NCBI GenBank assembly: GCA_030583845.1
Contig: CP129478.1
Coordinates: forward strand, 907,686 to 971,685
Reading direction: 5' to 3'
From: Candidatus Dojkabacteria bacterium
Lineage (GTDB): Bacteria; Patescibacteriota; Dojkabacteria; SC72; JAHDCA01
Length of the DNA: 64,000 nucleotides
Of this stretch, positions 1 to 9,237 are shown in pieces (position 1 is the first letter of the stretch; the number at the start of each line of letters is the position of its first letter). The position numbers and the translations under genes are program-made. The notes under the pieces were generated by a model. The model was given only the letters and a program-made list of their open reading frames with translations. It made no database searches and was not told where the DNA came from.

Positions 1-52
1 TTCATTGTCGATTATAGCAAATTGTATAGAAATAAAGCCTACCAATTGCCTC

Positions 53-451
53 CTAAGCCTCGGTCGTCACACCATCAAACTCCTCTTCCATAGCTGCTGC
101 CTCTTCTTTTGTGGCCGCGACGACACCATCCTTGTGGTGTGCAGGGGAATAGATAGTGTACAGCTTGAGGTCTTCGCTTTCAGATGTGTTAATTACGTTG
201 TGTTCAGCACCTGCCGGTACGACGAGTGCAACACCATCATGAAGAGGATACTCATTCCCATCGATAAGGCACTTTCCTTCACCGGACTCGATTCTGAAAA
301 ACTGGTCGTTCTGGTGAATCTCCATACCGATCTCTTCCTTTGGCTTCAACGACATAAGTACTAGCTGGCTGTTTTTGGCAGTGTAAAGTACCCGCCTGAA
401 GTTGGAGTTGCTCTTCGTCTCCTCCTCAATATTACTGTGAAAACCCTTCAT
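53..451 (-). CDS. cupin domain protein
   Basis: 132 aa; a small beta-barrel cupin-like core (…GNEYPLHDGVALVVPAGAEHNV…) with an acidic C-terminal tail. The overlapping + strand ORF 5..364 is judged antisense noise. Confidence 0.55.
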   Translation of the reverse strand: MKGFHSNIEEETKSNSNFRRVLYTAKNSQLVLMSLKPKEEIGMEIHQNDQFFRIESGEGKCLIDGNEYPLHDGVALVVPAGAEHNVINTSESEDLKLYTIYSPAHHKDGVVAATKEEAAAMEEEFDGVTTEA

Positions 452-574
452 AAAATGACCTTTAATAATTTAGGTATTCATGAAGAATCAACTTGTATGA
501 AGTTGGTTCTGGATGCACTCCAATATAGCACAGATATGGGGGATCTGATTCAATTGAATGGCTATTGTCAGATG

Positions 575-1030
575 TTAATTGCTTTCAGCCATTTCTTTCA
601 GCTTTTGAAGCCCTTTTGGCCACATATCGTTAAACATCTCAGCATGTTCCTCTAAGCTATCCATCTCTACGTTTACAGTTGTGACGCCTTCCTGTTCAGT
701 GAAAGTGTAGTTCTCGTAAGCAGGTGCCCATTTCTTCGCTTCCTCACTGGTAGTATCTTCAACACCACCTTTAACTAGACCAAGATGCTCAATTGAGATA
801 AATTCGTTTGGACGGTTATCAGCAATCCTGCTCACCATTCCACCTTCTTCGCCGCCCATAGGATCTGGTCCAAGAAATAGCATTTTCGCGCCTTTATCCC
901 AACTCCCTTGATAATATGACCCTGGATTGAATGCAGCTGTCCATTGCCTATAAGTTGCATCCTGCAGCATGGTGTCCCAGACTTTCTGAACTGGGGCGTT
1001 GATAGAAATAGAGTAATGCAGCTTTTGCAT
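575..1030 (-). CDS. SRPBCC / AHSA1-like (activator of Hsp90 ATPase homolog) domain protein
   Basis: 151 aa; the N-terminus 'ISINAPVQKVWDTMLQDATYRQW' is typical of the SRPBCC ligand-binding fold family. Confidence 0.5.
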   Translation of the reverse strand: MQKLHYSISINAPVQKVWDTMLQDATYRQWTAAFNPGSYYQGSWDKGAKMLFLGPDPMGGEEGGMVSRIADNRPNEFISIEHLGLVKGGVEDTTSEEAKKWAPAYENYTFTEQEGVTTVNVEMDSLEEHAEMFNDMWPKGLQKLKEMAESN

Positions 1031-1115
1031 TTACCTTTAAGTGAAAACTTAAATAGAGCTAATTCATTTTAGCATAAGAGGGGATGTGGGAATTTACCTG
1101 CGGCGAATTTACTAA

Positions 1116-1189
1116 TGGAGCGGGATACGGGAATCGAACCCATATCTCTACCTTGGGAAGGTGGCGTTTTACCACTAAACTAATCCCGC
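1116..1189 (-). tRNA. tRNA-Gly (anticodon CCC)
   Basis: The reverse complement reads GCGGGAT..ATCCCGC acceptor stem, TTCGATT T-loop, anticodon loop TTCCCAA and an encoded CCA end. There is one C-A mismatch at the top of the anticodon stem. Confidence 0.8.
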
Positions 1190-1215
1190 CCGATCTAACC
1201 GATTATACACATTAT

Positions 1216-1286
1216 ACACAAAAAACCGACCACTTGGCGGCGATAGTCTGGTAATCCCAGTACTAAATATCGCTAAGTGGTCGGTT
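1216..1286 (-). terminator. Putative intrinsic terminator downstream of the ytxH-like gene
   Basis: Inverted repeat aaccgaccactt (1224-1235) pairs with aagtggtcggtt (1275-1286). A TTTTT run follows on the minus strand. Confidence 0.45.
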
Positions 1287-1302
1287 TAAATACACAACAA
1301 CC

Positions 1303-1671
1303 TTAAGCCTTCAATGCCTTTTGGAGCTTTGTCCAGTCAGCGCCAAGCTGCTGTCCAACCTCTGAAGCTACTTTAGGATCAATAGTCTTGTTCTTCTTAA
1401 GCTCTGCCATTACCTCTTCTACGAGAGCCATATACTTCTCCTTATCGATGCTCTTTCCAAGCTTCTCAAGTGCTTTCATCTTCTTCTCAAGCATGGTTCT
1501 AGCATTTACATAAAACTCTTGAGCCTCTTTGCTCAGCTTTGCAGCTGCCTTTTTAATATCTTCACGTGTCTCTTTACCTGATTTAGGGGCAAAGAGTATT
1601 CCGGCTGTTGCGCCAGCTACTGCACCTACGAGTGCACCTTTTAGAAATGTCGCTCCTGCATTCTTTCCCAT
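1303..1671 (-). CDS. YtxH-like (DUF948) general-stress-type protein
   Basis: 122 aa; an N-terminal Gly/Ala-rich hydrophobic segment followed by a Lys/Glu-rich helical region, as in YtxH family proteins. Confidence 0.55.
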   Translation of the reverse strand: MGKNAGATFLKGALVGAVAGATAGILFAPKSGKETREDIKKAAAKLSKEAQEFYVNARTMLEKKMKALEKLGKSIDKEKYMALVEEVMAELKKNKTIDPKVASEVGQQLGADWTKLQKALKA

Positions 1672-1777
1672 TATTAATATTGTGATATATTAGCTACGCT
1701 TATATATATCATAGGAGAGACTCTTTTGGCAAACAGGGACGCCGTTTCATTAACTATGTCTTTAGGTGGGAACGATG

Positions 1778-2341
1778 CTAAAGTTTGAACCTTGTGATCA
1801 GGTAGTAGCCAATTGCAACGAGGAGAATCGGCGCCACCAAGGAGGCGATTAGTACGAATGGTGAGATCTCGGGTTGAGCCGCGTCGTCGTCAGCTGAATC
1901 CTCAGCAGTTTCTTCCACTGGGATATCGTTATTTTGATCATCTTCGTTGTTCTCATCTTGAACTGGCGGAGTATTCTCAGCAGAGAGGGCTCTTAGCGCC
2001 TCAATTACTGCTGTGTCACCAACGATACACTCGTCATTTTGAGATAGCATAGGGACTGGCTGTCCTGTAAGAGTACATGCTGCCGCCGCTTCTGCGTATT
2101 GGTCATCAGCTCCGGCATTCTCTAGGTAAACAATCTCAACGCTCGTAAGATCTAGCTCTTCCATCTCTGCTAGCACATCTTCACACTGCGGGCATTCCTG
2201 GCTCAGGAAAAGTGTTGCCTCTGCTGTTCCCTCGTCTGCGGAGATTGCAGCAGGAGCAAGCCATGCCAAGATGGTTATTAAAAATGTAAGGCAGATAGTG
2301 TATGAATTGGTTAAAAGATTTGACCGAATTCTCATGGGCAT
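1778..2341 (-). CDS. Secreted thioredoxin/glutaredoxin-like protein with C-terminal membrane anchor
   Basis: 187 aa; N-terminal signal-like segment, a CPQC motif followed by '…VPMLSQNDECIVGDTAVIEAL' (glutaredoxin-like), an acidic linker and a C-terminal TM helix. Confidence 0.4.
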   Translation of the reverse strand: MPMRIRSNLLTNSYTICLTFLITILAWLAPAAISADEGTAEATLFLSQECPQCEDVLAEMEELDLTSVEIVYLENAGADDQYAEAAAACTLTGQPVPMLSQNDECIVGDTAVIEALRALSAENTPPVQDENNEDDQNNDIPVEETAEDSADDDAAQPEISPFVLIASLVAPILLVAIGYYLITRFKL

Positions 2342-2379
2342 AGTATAAGCATTTTAGGCAATAATTTACAGTCTTAAGC

Positions 2380-3018
2380 ATGCGAGGCGCCATCCAATAC
2401 CCAGATACAGAATTAGAACGTAGGCTATGGAGCTCAGGCTTCAAAACTGTCGTTGGCCTTGATGAGGCGGGTCGTGGTCCTTGGGCTGGGCCAGTCACTG
2501 CAGGGGCGGTGATAATTGGCGATGACACCCAGATTGTAAGTAGTGTAAGAGATAGCAAGAAGATGAGCTTCAAGCAGAGAGAGGAGGCTTTCGAGGAGAT
2601 AAAGGAGAGCTGTGTCGGGTGGGGGATTGGCGAAATATCCTCAACAGAGATAGATAGGGTTGGCATACAGAAAGCAGTGCTTATGGCTATGTTCTCGGCA
2701 ATCAAGCAGGCAGAAGAGATGGTTGGAGTGCGTGCCGATTACTTAATTGTCGATGGTAAGAATGTGCTGCTTCTAGCCGGATATAAGATGGAAAAGATGA
2801 ATAAAGGCGATGCAAACCATTACTCGATTGCCGCAGCCTCAGTACTGGCTAAGGTACATAGAGATCGAGTAATGAAGCAGTATGCCGAAAAATATCCGCT
2901 GTATGGCTTTGACTCACATATGGGATATGGCACTGCTGCACATCGGGCAGCCTTGCAAGCATATGGCCCAACTGAAATTCACCGCAAAACTTATAAGCCT
3001 GTAGCAGCGCTAATTTAA
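2380..3018 (+). CDS. rnhB: Ribonuclease HII
   Basis: 212 aa; 'GLDEAGRGPWAGPV' is the RNase HII active-site motif. Confidence 0.9.
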   Translation: MRGAIQYPDTELERRLWSSGFKTVVGLDEAGRGPWAGPVTAGAVIIGDDTQIVSSVRDSKKMSFKQREEAFEEIKESCVGWGIGEISSTEIDRVGIQKAVLMAMFSAIKQAEEMVGVRADYLIVDGKNVLLLAGYKMEKMNKGDANHYSIAAASVLAKVHRDRVMKQYAEKYPLYGFDSHMGYGTAAHRAALQAYGPTEIHRKTYKPVAALI

Positions 3019-3377
3019 TGAAGTCGGTAGGGGATCGCTATGAGGATTTCGCAGTTCAATATCTGACAGAACGTGAGGTAAAAATTCTGGATAGAAATTT
3101 CCGCACTAGATCTGGTGAAATCGATATCATAGGCGAGAAAAAGGGACGAGTATATTTTTTCGAAGTGCGATATAGATCAAGAAATTCCATTCAAAGTGCC
3201 ACAGAATCAATCAGCGGCTTAAAGCTGTCGAGGCTATGGAGTACCATATCGGTATGGCTCAACCAGAGTAAATATGATGAGTCATCTGTGGGTGGTGTGT
3301 ATGCTTTCCTGATAGATGGGGTAGGCGGTTCCCAGCAGTCAAAAAATATTGTAAAAATAGTAGAAATCGGAGTATAA
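3018..3377 (+). CDS. YraN-family (UPF0102) endonuclease
   Basis: 119 aa; 'GEIDIIGEK…YFFEVRYR' is characteristic of YraN. The ATG overlaps the rnhB stop, a conserved rnhB-yraN pairing. Confidence 0.8.
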   Translation: MKSVGDRYEDFAVQYLTEREVKILDRNFRTRSGEIDIIGEKKGRVYFFEVRYRSRNSIQSATESISGLKLSRLWSTISVWLNQSKYDESSVGGVYAFLIDGVGGSQQSKNIVKIVEIGV

Positions 3378-3424
3378 TGCCCTGTTTGATTTTCCCTTTG
3401 GCTTAGGCATAAGCGGGGGTATGT

Positions 3425-3499
3425 GGGTCGCTAGCTCAATGGTAGAGCAAATGGCTTTTAACCATTAGGTTCAGGGTTCGAGTCCCTGGCGACTCACCA
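3425..3499 (+). tRNA. tRNA-Lys (anticodon TTT)
   Basis: GGGTCGC/GCGACTC acceptor stem with a G2-T71 wobble, anticodon stem AATGG/CCATT, loop CTTTTAA, T-loop TTCGAGT and an encoded CCA. Confidence 0.85.
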
Positions 3500-3610
3500 A
3501 GATCGGTCGCAACCAAGGGTGCTATGGATCTTGGTATGTATCTTGTGAAGAGAACCGTCGGTTCGTGAGGACACATCAATTCGATTTTACAATTTCAGTA
3601 CATAGGCAAA

Positions 3611-4513
3611 ATGAACCGCATCAACAAATATTTCCGCACAATGCTGCTCCTAATTGTCCTCACCCTTTTCGTTCTCTATGTAGGTGATAGACTGGCAGGA
3701 GTTACCGGCGCTGCATTTATATTCACAATGATGGCGCTGCTGAACTTCCTCGCCTACTACCATAGCGATAAGCTTGCTGTGAAGATGGTTAAGGCCAAGC
3801 CACTCCCGAGAAGGAAATATGAAAACGTCTATCAAGACGTGGAGGAGATGTGTCGCAAAATGGAACTACCAATGCCCGAGCTATTTCATTACAAGGAGAA
3901 GTCTCCAAATGCATTCGCAACCGGTCGAAATCCAGAGAATGCAATTATCGTCCTAACAGATGGCCTGCTCAAAGTACTCACAAGACAAGAGGTGAAAGCT
4001 GTTATATCTCACGAGCTTGGACATGTGAAAAATCGCGATGTAATTATCTCAATAACGGCAGCACTACTAGTCTTTGCCGTGACAATTGTAACGAGGCTCA
4101 CACTATTTTTCGGGATTCTTGGGTCGATTCGAAATCCCGTAGAGCAGGCTTTTAGGGCAATTCTCATGCTGCTGCTGGCTCCAATTGTGGCAATAGTAAT
4201 CCAGATGGCAATCTCAAGGACACGCGAGTTCTCTGCAGATGCTACTGCTGCTCGCTACATGGGCACAGGCAAGCCACTGATCAGCGCATTGCAGAAGCTT
4301 GAAAAGATCGTCGAGCAGGAGAAAAAGAAAAAGGCTAGGGAAAAAGCCAAAAAATCAGCAGCGCAGAAGCAGGTAGATCTCACGCTTAATCACATGTATG
4401 CTGTATCTACAGCCGAAGAGGGGTTCTGGACGAAAGTTATGTCCACACATCCGCCACTGTCTGAGAGGATCGAGAATCTAGAAGCGCTTACTAAGAAGCT
4501 GGAAAATCAATAG
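3611..4513 (+). CDS. htpX: HtpX-like M48 zinc metalloprotease
   Basis: 300 aa; two N-terminal TM helices, an HELGH zinc-binding motif and two more TM helices. Confidence 0.85.
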   Translation: MNRINKYFRTMLLLIVLTLFVLYVGDRLAGVTGAAFIFTMMALLNFLAYYHSDKLAVKMVKAKPLPRRKYENVYQDVEEMCRKMELPMPELFHYKEKSPNAFATGRNPENAIIVLTDGLLKVLTRQEVKAVISHELGHVKNRDVIISITAALLVFAVTIVTRLTLFFGILGSIRNPVEQAFRAILMLLLAPIVAIVIQMAISRTREFSADATAARYMGTGKPLISALQKLEKIVEQEKKKKAREKAKKSAAQKQVDLTLNHMYAVSTAEEGFWTKVMSTHPPLSERIENLEALTKKLENQ

Positions 4514-4558
4514 ATATCCTCTTTTCCCGAGCCACATGCTAAAATCACACCGAAACAT

Positions 4559-5563
4559 ATGGCCAACGAGAAACCGTCCAAATTCAACTCAAAGAAAATC
4601 CTGTTTAAGAGCTTAGAGCTAGCAATATATGCTCTGGTTATCTGGTTTATCTACGATAAGCTTGGTGGAAGTCTCGCTAGAATCGATGTGTGGTCAGAGA
4701 TCAATTACGGCCTGCTCATTCTGGCAGTCTTTGTCTATATGGGGCATACATTCTGGAATGCCCTCAACTGGCACTATATGATCAAGGCATCCGGTGAAGA
4801 TGTAACTGTGATAAGCCAAGTCGAGGTATATTTGAAGTCATACCTATTGCGCTATGTGCCGGGAAATATCGTGGGTATACTGGCAAGGGCGATCTATAAC
4901 AAGCAGTACAATGTCCCGATGGCCAAGTCGCTTTGGGGCTGGTTCTGGGAAAATATTGTGTATCTGGCATTGGGCTTACTGCTTGGGTCAATAGCGCTTT
5001 TCTCAGTTGGGCAAGATATTTTTGATCGCCTCGAGATTGGTAGCGAGCCAGACCTGCTTTTCCAAGGATTGATAGTAGCAGTATTTGTACTAACACTCTT
5101 CGTAATCCTAGATAACCGTGTCTTGAAGTCACTCTTTAATAAATTTCTATTACCAAAACTATCTGAGAAAAGTAGGCGAGAGTTTCAGCTGCTTGATATA
5201 TCTATGAAAGATCGATTGATTCTGCTGCTTAGATATGCGATTGCATGGGGTATCTATTCTATCAGCTTCTACTTCATCTTGAAGGCAGTTGGTGTTGAAA
5301 GTAACTACGTTGCAGCTATTTCGGCTAATGCGATGGCGTGGGCACTCGGATATATGTCAGTAATTACACCGAGTGGGGCAGGTGTTAGAGAGACTGTGAT
5401 GATATTTCTACTGACAGCATCAGTTGGACTCTCGGGATCAGCCTCTGTTATAATCGCCGTACTTGCAAGGATAGTTTTCATATCTGGAGAAGTATTAGGA
5501 TTCCTTGCATTCTTTGTAACTAAGTTTCTGGTAGAAAGGCTACCAAATGGCAGAGCAAAATAA
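4559..5563 (+). CDS. Flippase-like polytopic membrane protein (UPF0104 / LPG-synthase TM domain family)
   Basis: 334 aa with about 8 TM helices. It lies immediately upstream of a GtrB-like GT2 and overlaps it by a few codons. Confidence 0.55.
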   Translation: MANEKPSKFNSKKILFKSLELAIYALVIWFIYDKLGGSLARIDVWSEINYGLLILAVFVYMGHTFWNALNWHYMIKASGEDVTVISQVEVYLKSYLLRYVPGNIVGILARAIYNKQYNVPMAKSLWGWFWENIVYLALGLLLGSIALFSVGQDIFDRLEIGSEPDLLFQGLIVAVFVLTLFVILDNRVLKSLFNKFLLPKLSEKSRREFQLLDISMKDRLILLLRYAIAWGIYSISFYFILKAVGVESNYVAAISANAMAWALGYMSVITPSGAGVRETVMIFLLTASVGLSGSASVIIAVLARIVFISGEVLGFLAFFVTKFLVERLPNGRAK

Positions 5564-6536
5564 TCGAGTAGATATATCGTTTATATTCCCTACAAGAAAT
5601 GAAGGCGCTAGTGTCGCCAAAGTTCTCGACGAGATAGTGCAGGTAATGGAGCAGATAGGTAAGAGCTACGAGGTTATCATGATCGACTCACCATCTGGCA
5701 ACCCATCATTCGCTACATTGAAGGAGTATGCCGACCGCTACCCAAATTTCTATGCACTAGAGCTAACCTACAATCGTCCAGCAGGTAGTGACAAATCAGC
5801 CAAGTATATGGTCGGGTTTGAGTTGGCGAGAGGTGAAATAATTGTGCAGATTGATTCGGATGGTCAAGATAATCCAGCAGACTTGCCAAAGTTCCTCGAG
5901 AAGCTAGACGAGGGATATGAGATGGTAACCGGCTTCAAGCAGAAGCGCAAAGATGGAAAGATTTACATGCTTACCTCGAAGATAAGCAACACCCTTACCC
6001 GAATGTTGACCGGTGTCACTGTGCACGACATGAACTGCGGATTTAAGGCATATCGAGGGTATGTTGCGAAAGAGCTCAATCTAAAAGGTCGATCATATAG
6101 ATTTATACCTGCTCTGCTTGGTGCCAAGGGATATAAAATAGCCGAGGTCCCAATTGAGAATCGAAAACGTAGCACTGGCAAAAGCAATTTCAGCTTCGTT
6201 AATAGATTGCAGGGTGGTGTGTTTGATATGACGACTGTTGTAATGCTTAACAAGATGGGGGAGACTCCTATCTATGTGTATGGCTGGCTATCACTGATAT
6301 TCTTGTCGGTGATGGCTGTATCGCTAATCTCTAGCATCGTGCTGAAAGTTACAGATAAGATAGATCTCTACTGGGGGGTGGTTCTGATCGCAATAGCGGC
6401 ATCGATGGGGATGTTGACAGTGATTACATATCTGATCGGGCTTACAGTTGAGTATCAACGACAAAACAACGTTGAGCCTCTCGAAAGGTATGGGATAAAG
6501 CAGGCATACCCAGAGATTCCATACAGGCAGAAGTAA
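5547..6536 (+). CDS. GT2 polyprenyl-phosphate sugar transferase (GtrB/ArnC/DPM1-like)
   Basis: 329 aa; N-terminus 'SFIFPTRNEGASV', a DxD-type motif 'QIDSDGQDNP' and two C-terminal TM helices typical of GtrB-type enzymes. Confidence 0.8.
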   Translation: MAEQNNRVDISFIFPTRNEGASVAKVLDEIVQVMEQIGKSYEVIMIDSPSGNPSFATLKEYADRYPNFYALELTYNRPAGSDKSAKYMVGFELARGEIIVQIDSDGQDNPADLPKFLEKLDEGYEMVTGFKQKRKDGKIYMLTSKISNTLTRMLTGVTVHDMNCGFKAYRGYVAKELNLKGRSYRFIPALLGAKGYKIAEVPIENRKRSTGKSNFSFVNRLQGGVFDMTTVVMLNKMGETPIYVYGWLSLIFLSVMAVSLISSIVLKVTDKIDLYWGVVLIAIAASMGMLTVITYLIGLTVEYQRQNNVEPLERYGIKQAYPEIPYRQK

Positions 6537-6541
6537 AATTC

Positions 6542-8395
6542 TTACTGTGCAGCTGAAAGCTTGTCCGCTTCCCAGATCTGCATCTTCGGTATTAGCGAGT
6601 CAATCTCAAATGAGTCTACTTCAAACACAATAAGTGTGTCACCAACCTCTTTATATGTCTCAAGCTCCCCATTCTCATAAAGCATCCTTAGTACCTTCAA
6701 TCTATTGGATTCAATCAGGTTATAGTTCTTGAAGAAGTTTACCTTGCGTTGCACCAATAGACCCTCGCCATCTATATCTTCGGCTTTTAGAAAGATCTTC
6801 CTGTCGTGGATAGTATCGATATACTCCTGCTGTACGATCAGGTCCTGCTCCCAGTCGTAGCTACTGCTCCTGAGGTAAAGATAGCCATCGCTTCTGCTTG
6901 GGATGCTCTCGTTAAAATATGATATATAGTTCGGGTAGGCTAGAAGTACTGAAATGAAGGAGATCGCCATCATAGCAGTTAGCAGATATTTAATTCGCAC
7001 TCTTTTAGCGACTTCATACAGCATTGCACCAATAAGTAAGAATAGGAATGGATAGATAGGAAGTAGATGCCTTATGCCTAGGTTGAGTGAGCTGCTGACC
7101 GACAAAGCGAATAAAAGCGCTGGAACCATTATCAGAACGAATGACTGGGTCTTAATGCCTTTGCCCAATTTCCACTGCGCAAATAGAAAATATGTAGCAA
7201 GCGCAAAAGCTACGATTGTCAGGAACAGTGTTGGCAAAGTCTCCTTAATTGCGAAAGATATTGGAAAATAGTACCACCAACCAAAGTTGCTGGATTCACC
7301 AAGAAGGTATGCATCGTGTCCAACCTCATTGTGGAAGATCACATTATCAAGGAATCCATGAACATATTGTGGGAACGGGAACTTGATTTTAAGATATACG
7401 AGCTCCTTGATATCTTGAACGATCGGTGGATCTTCAGGAGATATCTCAGCAAGGATTTGCTGCTCACTGGTGACTCGGCCATACGCCATGTCATATATAG
7501 TTGCAAACTGCAGCTTGTAAGCAAAGGTAAGCGCTACTGCCCATACTATGCATACTAGTAGTACCTTACCTGCAGCAATCATGAGGCGCTTCAGCTCCAG
7601 TCGCTTTGCAGCATCAGGTTTTGCATAGAAACCGATGAGTAGAAATGCAGCCCAGATTGGCCCCAGCATGACGGCATTATATTTAGTCAGTAGTGCCACA
7701 AATGCGAATACGACAAACGCGATGAGATAATCTTTTCTGGAGTACTTGATCCAAAGGTATAGATACCAACTCGACAGGAATATTGTAATCATCGCTGGGG
7801 CGTCAGTTGTGACTAACGGGCCGTGTGCAAGCAAGGTTGGGCTGAATGCAAGCAGAAACGTCGCTGTAGCCGCTATAAATACCCCAAGCTCCCTGCGCAA
7901 GAGCCAGTAGAAAGCGATAAGAAAAAATCCGGTAATTATCGTGGCAAGTAAACGAGGACCCGCCAACACATTTTTAGTGTATTCGATCACCCCTCCGTTT
8001 AGCTCGACGTGTTCGAATGCCAATTCATCTTTCAAAGCCTGATCCCACAATTCAGAGTCGGTTGGAGGGTTCACAATATCTTTGTCGAGGAGTGTTGGCA
8101 ACGCATGTATCAGGTTGAAAAGGTATGGGTGGTGCTGATTTATTCGGAGATCACCTGTCTCAAGAAGCATCACACCGCGAACTAGGTGGAATTTCTCATC
8201 GACCGTGGCAGATTTTGTCTGAACAGCGGAAAACGCTATTGAAACGAAGGCAATTGCGATAATAATAGGGTAGATGTAAACCCAAAATTTTTGTGACCAG
8301 CCTGTTGGGAGTATTCTATTTAATTTCTTACTGATTTTGTAGTTCATGAATTCGTAAGAATTATGCACAATCGTGGCTGTGGGTGCAACTATCAC
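6542..8395 (-). CDS. GT-C fold glycosyltransferase (ArnT / PMT, GT39/83-like)
   Basis: 617 aa polytopic membrane protein; first periplasmic loop has 'DEKFHL…' as in ArnT/PMT enzymes; large C-terminal soluble domain. Confidence 0.65.
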   Translation of the reverse strand: MIVAPTATIVHNSYEFMNYKISKKLNRILPTGWSQKFWVYIYPIIIAIAFVSIAFSAVQTKSATVDEKFHLVRGVMLLETGDLRINQHHPYLFNLIHALPTLLDKDIVNPPTDSELWDQALKDELAFEHVELNGGVIEYTKNVLAGPRLLATIITGFFLIAFYWLLRRELGVFIAATATFLLAFSPTLLAHGPLVTTDAPAMITIFLSSWYLYLWIKYSRKDYLIAFVVFAFVALLTKYNAVMLGPIWAAFLLIGFYAKPDAAKRLELKRLMIAAGKVLLVCIVWAVALTFAYKLQFATIYDMAYGRVTSEQQILAEISPEDPPIVQDIKELVYLKIKFPFPQYVHGFLDNVIFHNEVGHDAYLLGESSNFGWWYYFPISFAIKETLPTLFLTIVAFALATYFLFAQWKLGKGIKTQSFVLIMVPALLFALSVSSSLNLGIRHLLPIYPFLFLLIGAMLYEVAKRVRIKYLLTAMMAISFISVLLAYPNYISYFNESIPSRSDGYLYLRSSSYDWEQDLIVQQEYIDTIHDRKIFLKAEDIDGEGLLVQRKVNFFKNYNLIESNRLKVLRMLYENGELETYKEVGDTLIVFEVDSFEIDSLIPKMQIWEADKLSAAQ

Positions 8396-8561
8396 GAAAG
8401 TGTGCCCAAAAGGCTTTGCAAATTTGAGCAGTCGTTATATGATATATGCTGGCTGGCGTGCGTATGGAGCCGTTACTGCAGCTTGCGGAAGGCAGGGGGA
8501 TGCTTTCATTATAGAAAGAGCCACTTGCTCCATGGATAATAATTTGATCACTTTTCGAACT

Positions 8562-9236
8562 ATGAAGATAGCTGTGCTAGATTTTGACTATACACTTTTT
8601 GAAGGGTATGCCAGATATGAATTGGGCTATCTGATGGAAGAGGAGGGTATAATTAATCACGGTTTTTCCGACGAGGTCAAAGCACTGCAAACCGCATATG
8701 AGGATGGGCAGATAACCTACAACCAGAAATTCGCAGACGATAAGGCAATTTTCGCAAACTATTTTAACGGAATAAGGCGCGCTGATGTTACCAAATTTTT
8801 ACACGATCATTTCGATTGGGATAAATATTTCTACCCACACTCAAGCAAACTTATAACAACGCTAAAGGAGCATGGATATCTCACGGTAATCGTATCTGGC
8901 TGTTGGGATTTTATTCTTGAGGAGGCACAGGAAATGTTGGATTTCGATACATTTTTTTGTTCTGCGTTTAAAGAGAAAGAAGGAATGCTTACAAACGAAT
9001 TCGCAACAATACTTGATTACCAGAGTAAGCGTGAATTTTCAGGTCAGATATTGGCTGAGGCGACACACTCAATCGGTTTAGGCGATTCAGTTGCTGATTT
9101 TGAGTTTCTAAATCTAGTCAACCACCCATTCCTTTTCGAGCCAAGAAGCGATGCTATTGAGGCTTCAAAAGGGAAGAACTATATTGTTGTGAACCGTGGA
9201 GATGCATTGGAAAAGATAGGTGCTGTTCTGCAGTAG
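8562..9236 (+). CDS. HAD-superfamily hydrolase
   Basis: HAD motif I 'MKIAVLDFDYTLF' sits at the chosen start. The ORF track extends upstream to 8373, but the N-terminal extension overlaps the divergent gene and looks non-coding. Confidence 0.65.
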   Translation: MKIAVLDFDYTLFEGYARYELGYLMEEEGIINHGFSDEVKALQTAYEDGQITYNQKFADDKAIFANYFNGIRRADVTKFLHDHFDWDKYFYPHSSKLITTLKEHGYLTVIVSGCWDFILEEAQEMLDFDTFFCSAFKEKEGMLTNEFATILDYQSKREFSGQILAEATHSIGLGDSVADFEFLNLVNHPFLFEPRSDAIEASKGKNYIVVNRGDALEKIGAVLQ

Positions 9237-9237
9237 T

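Noticed and set aside
5-364. 119-aa ORF on the plus strand at the window start
   Set aside because: It is antisense to the cupin-like ORF 53..451(-), which has the more protein-like composition. Kept only as a note because neither is strongly supported.
2181-2705. 174-aa minus-strand ORF
   Set aside because: It overlaps rnhB (plus strand, strong motif) and the 1778..2341 gene. Hydrophobic low-complexity translation typical of an antisense frame.
8373-8561. N-terminal 63-codon extension of the HAD hydrolase ORF
   Set aside because: It overlaps the divergent GT-C gene start and encodes a composition-atypical peptide. HAD motif I (DxD) sits right after the internal Met at 8562, which is the typical position.
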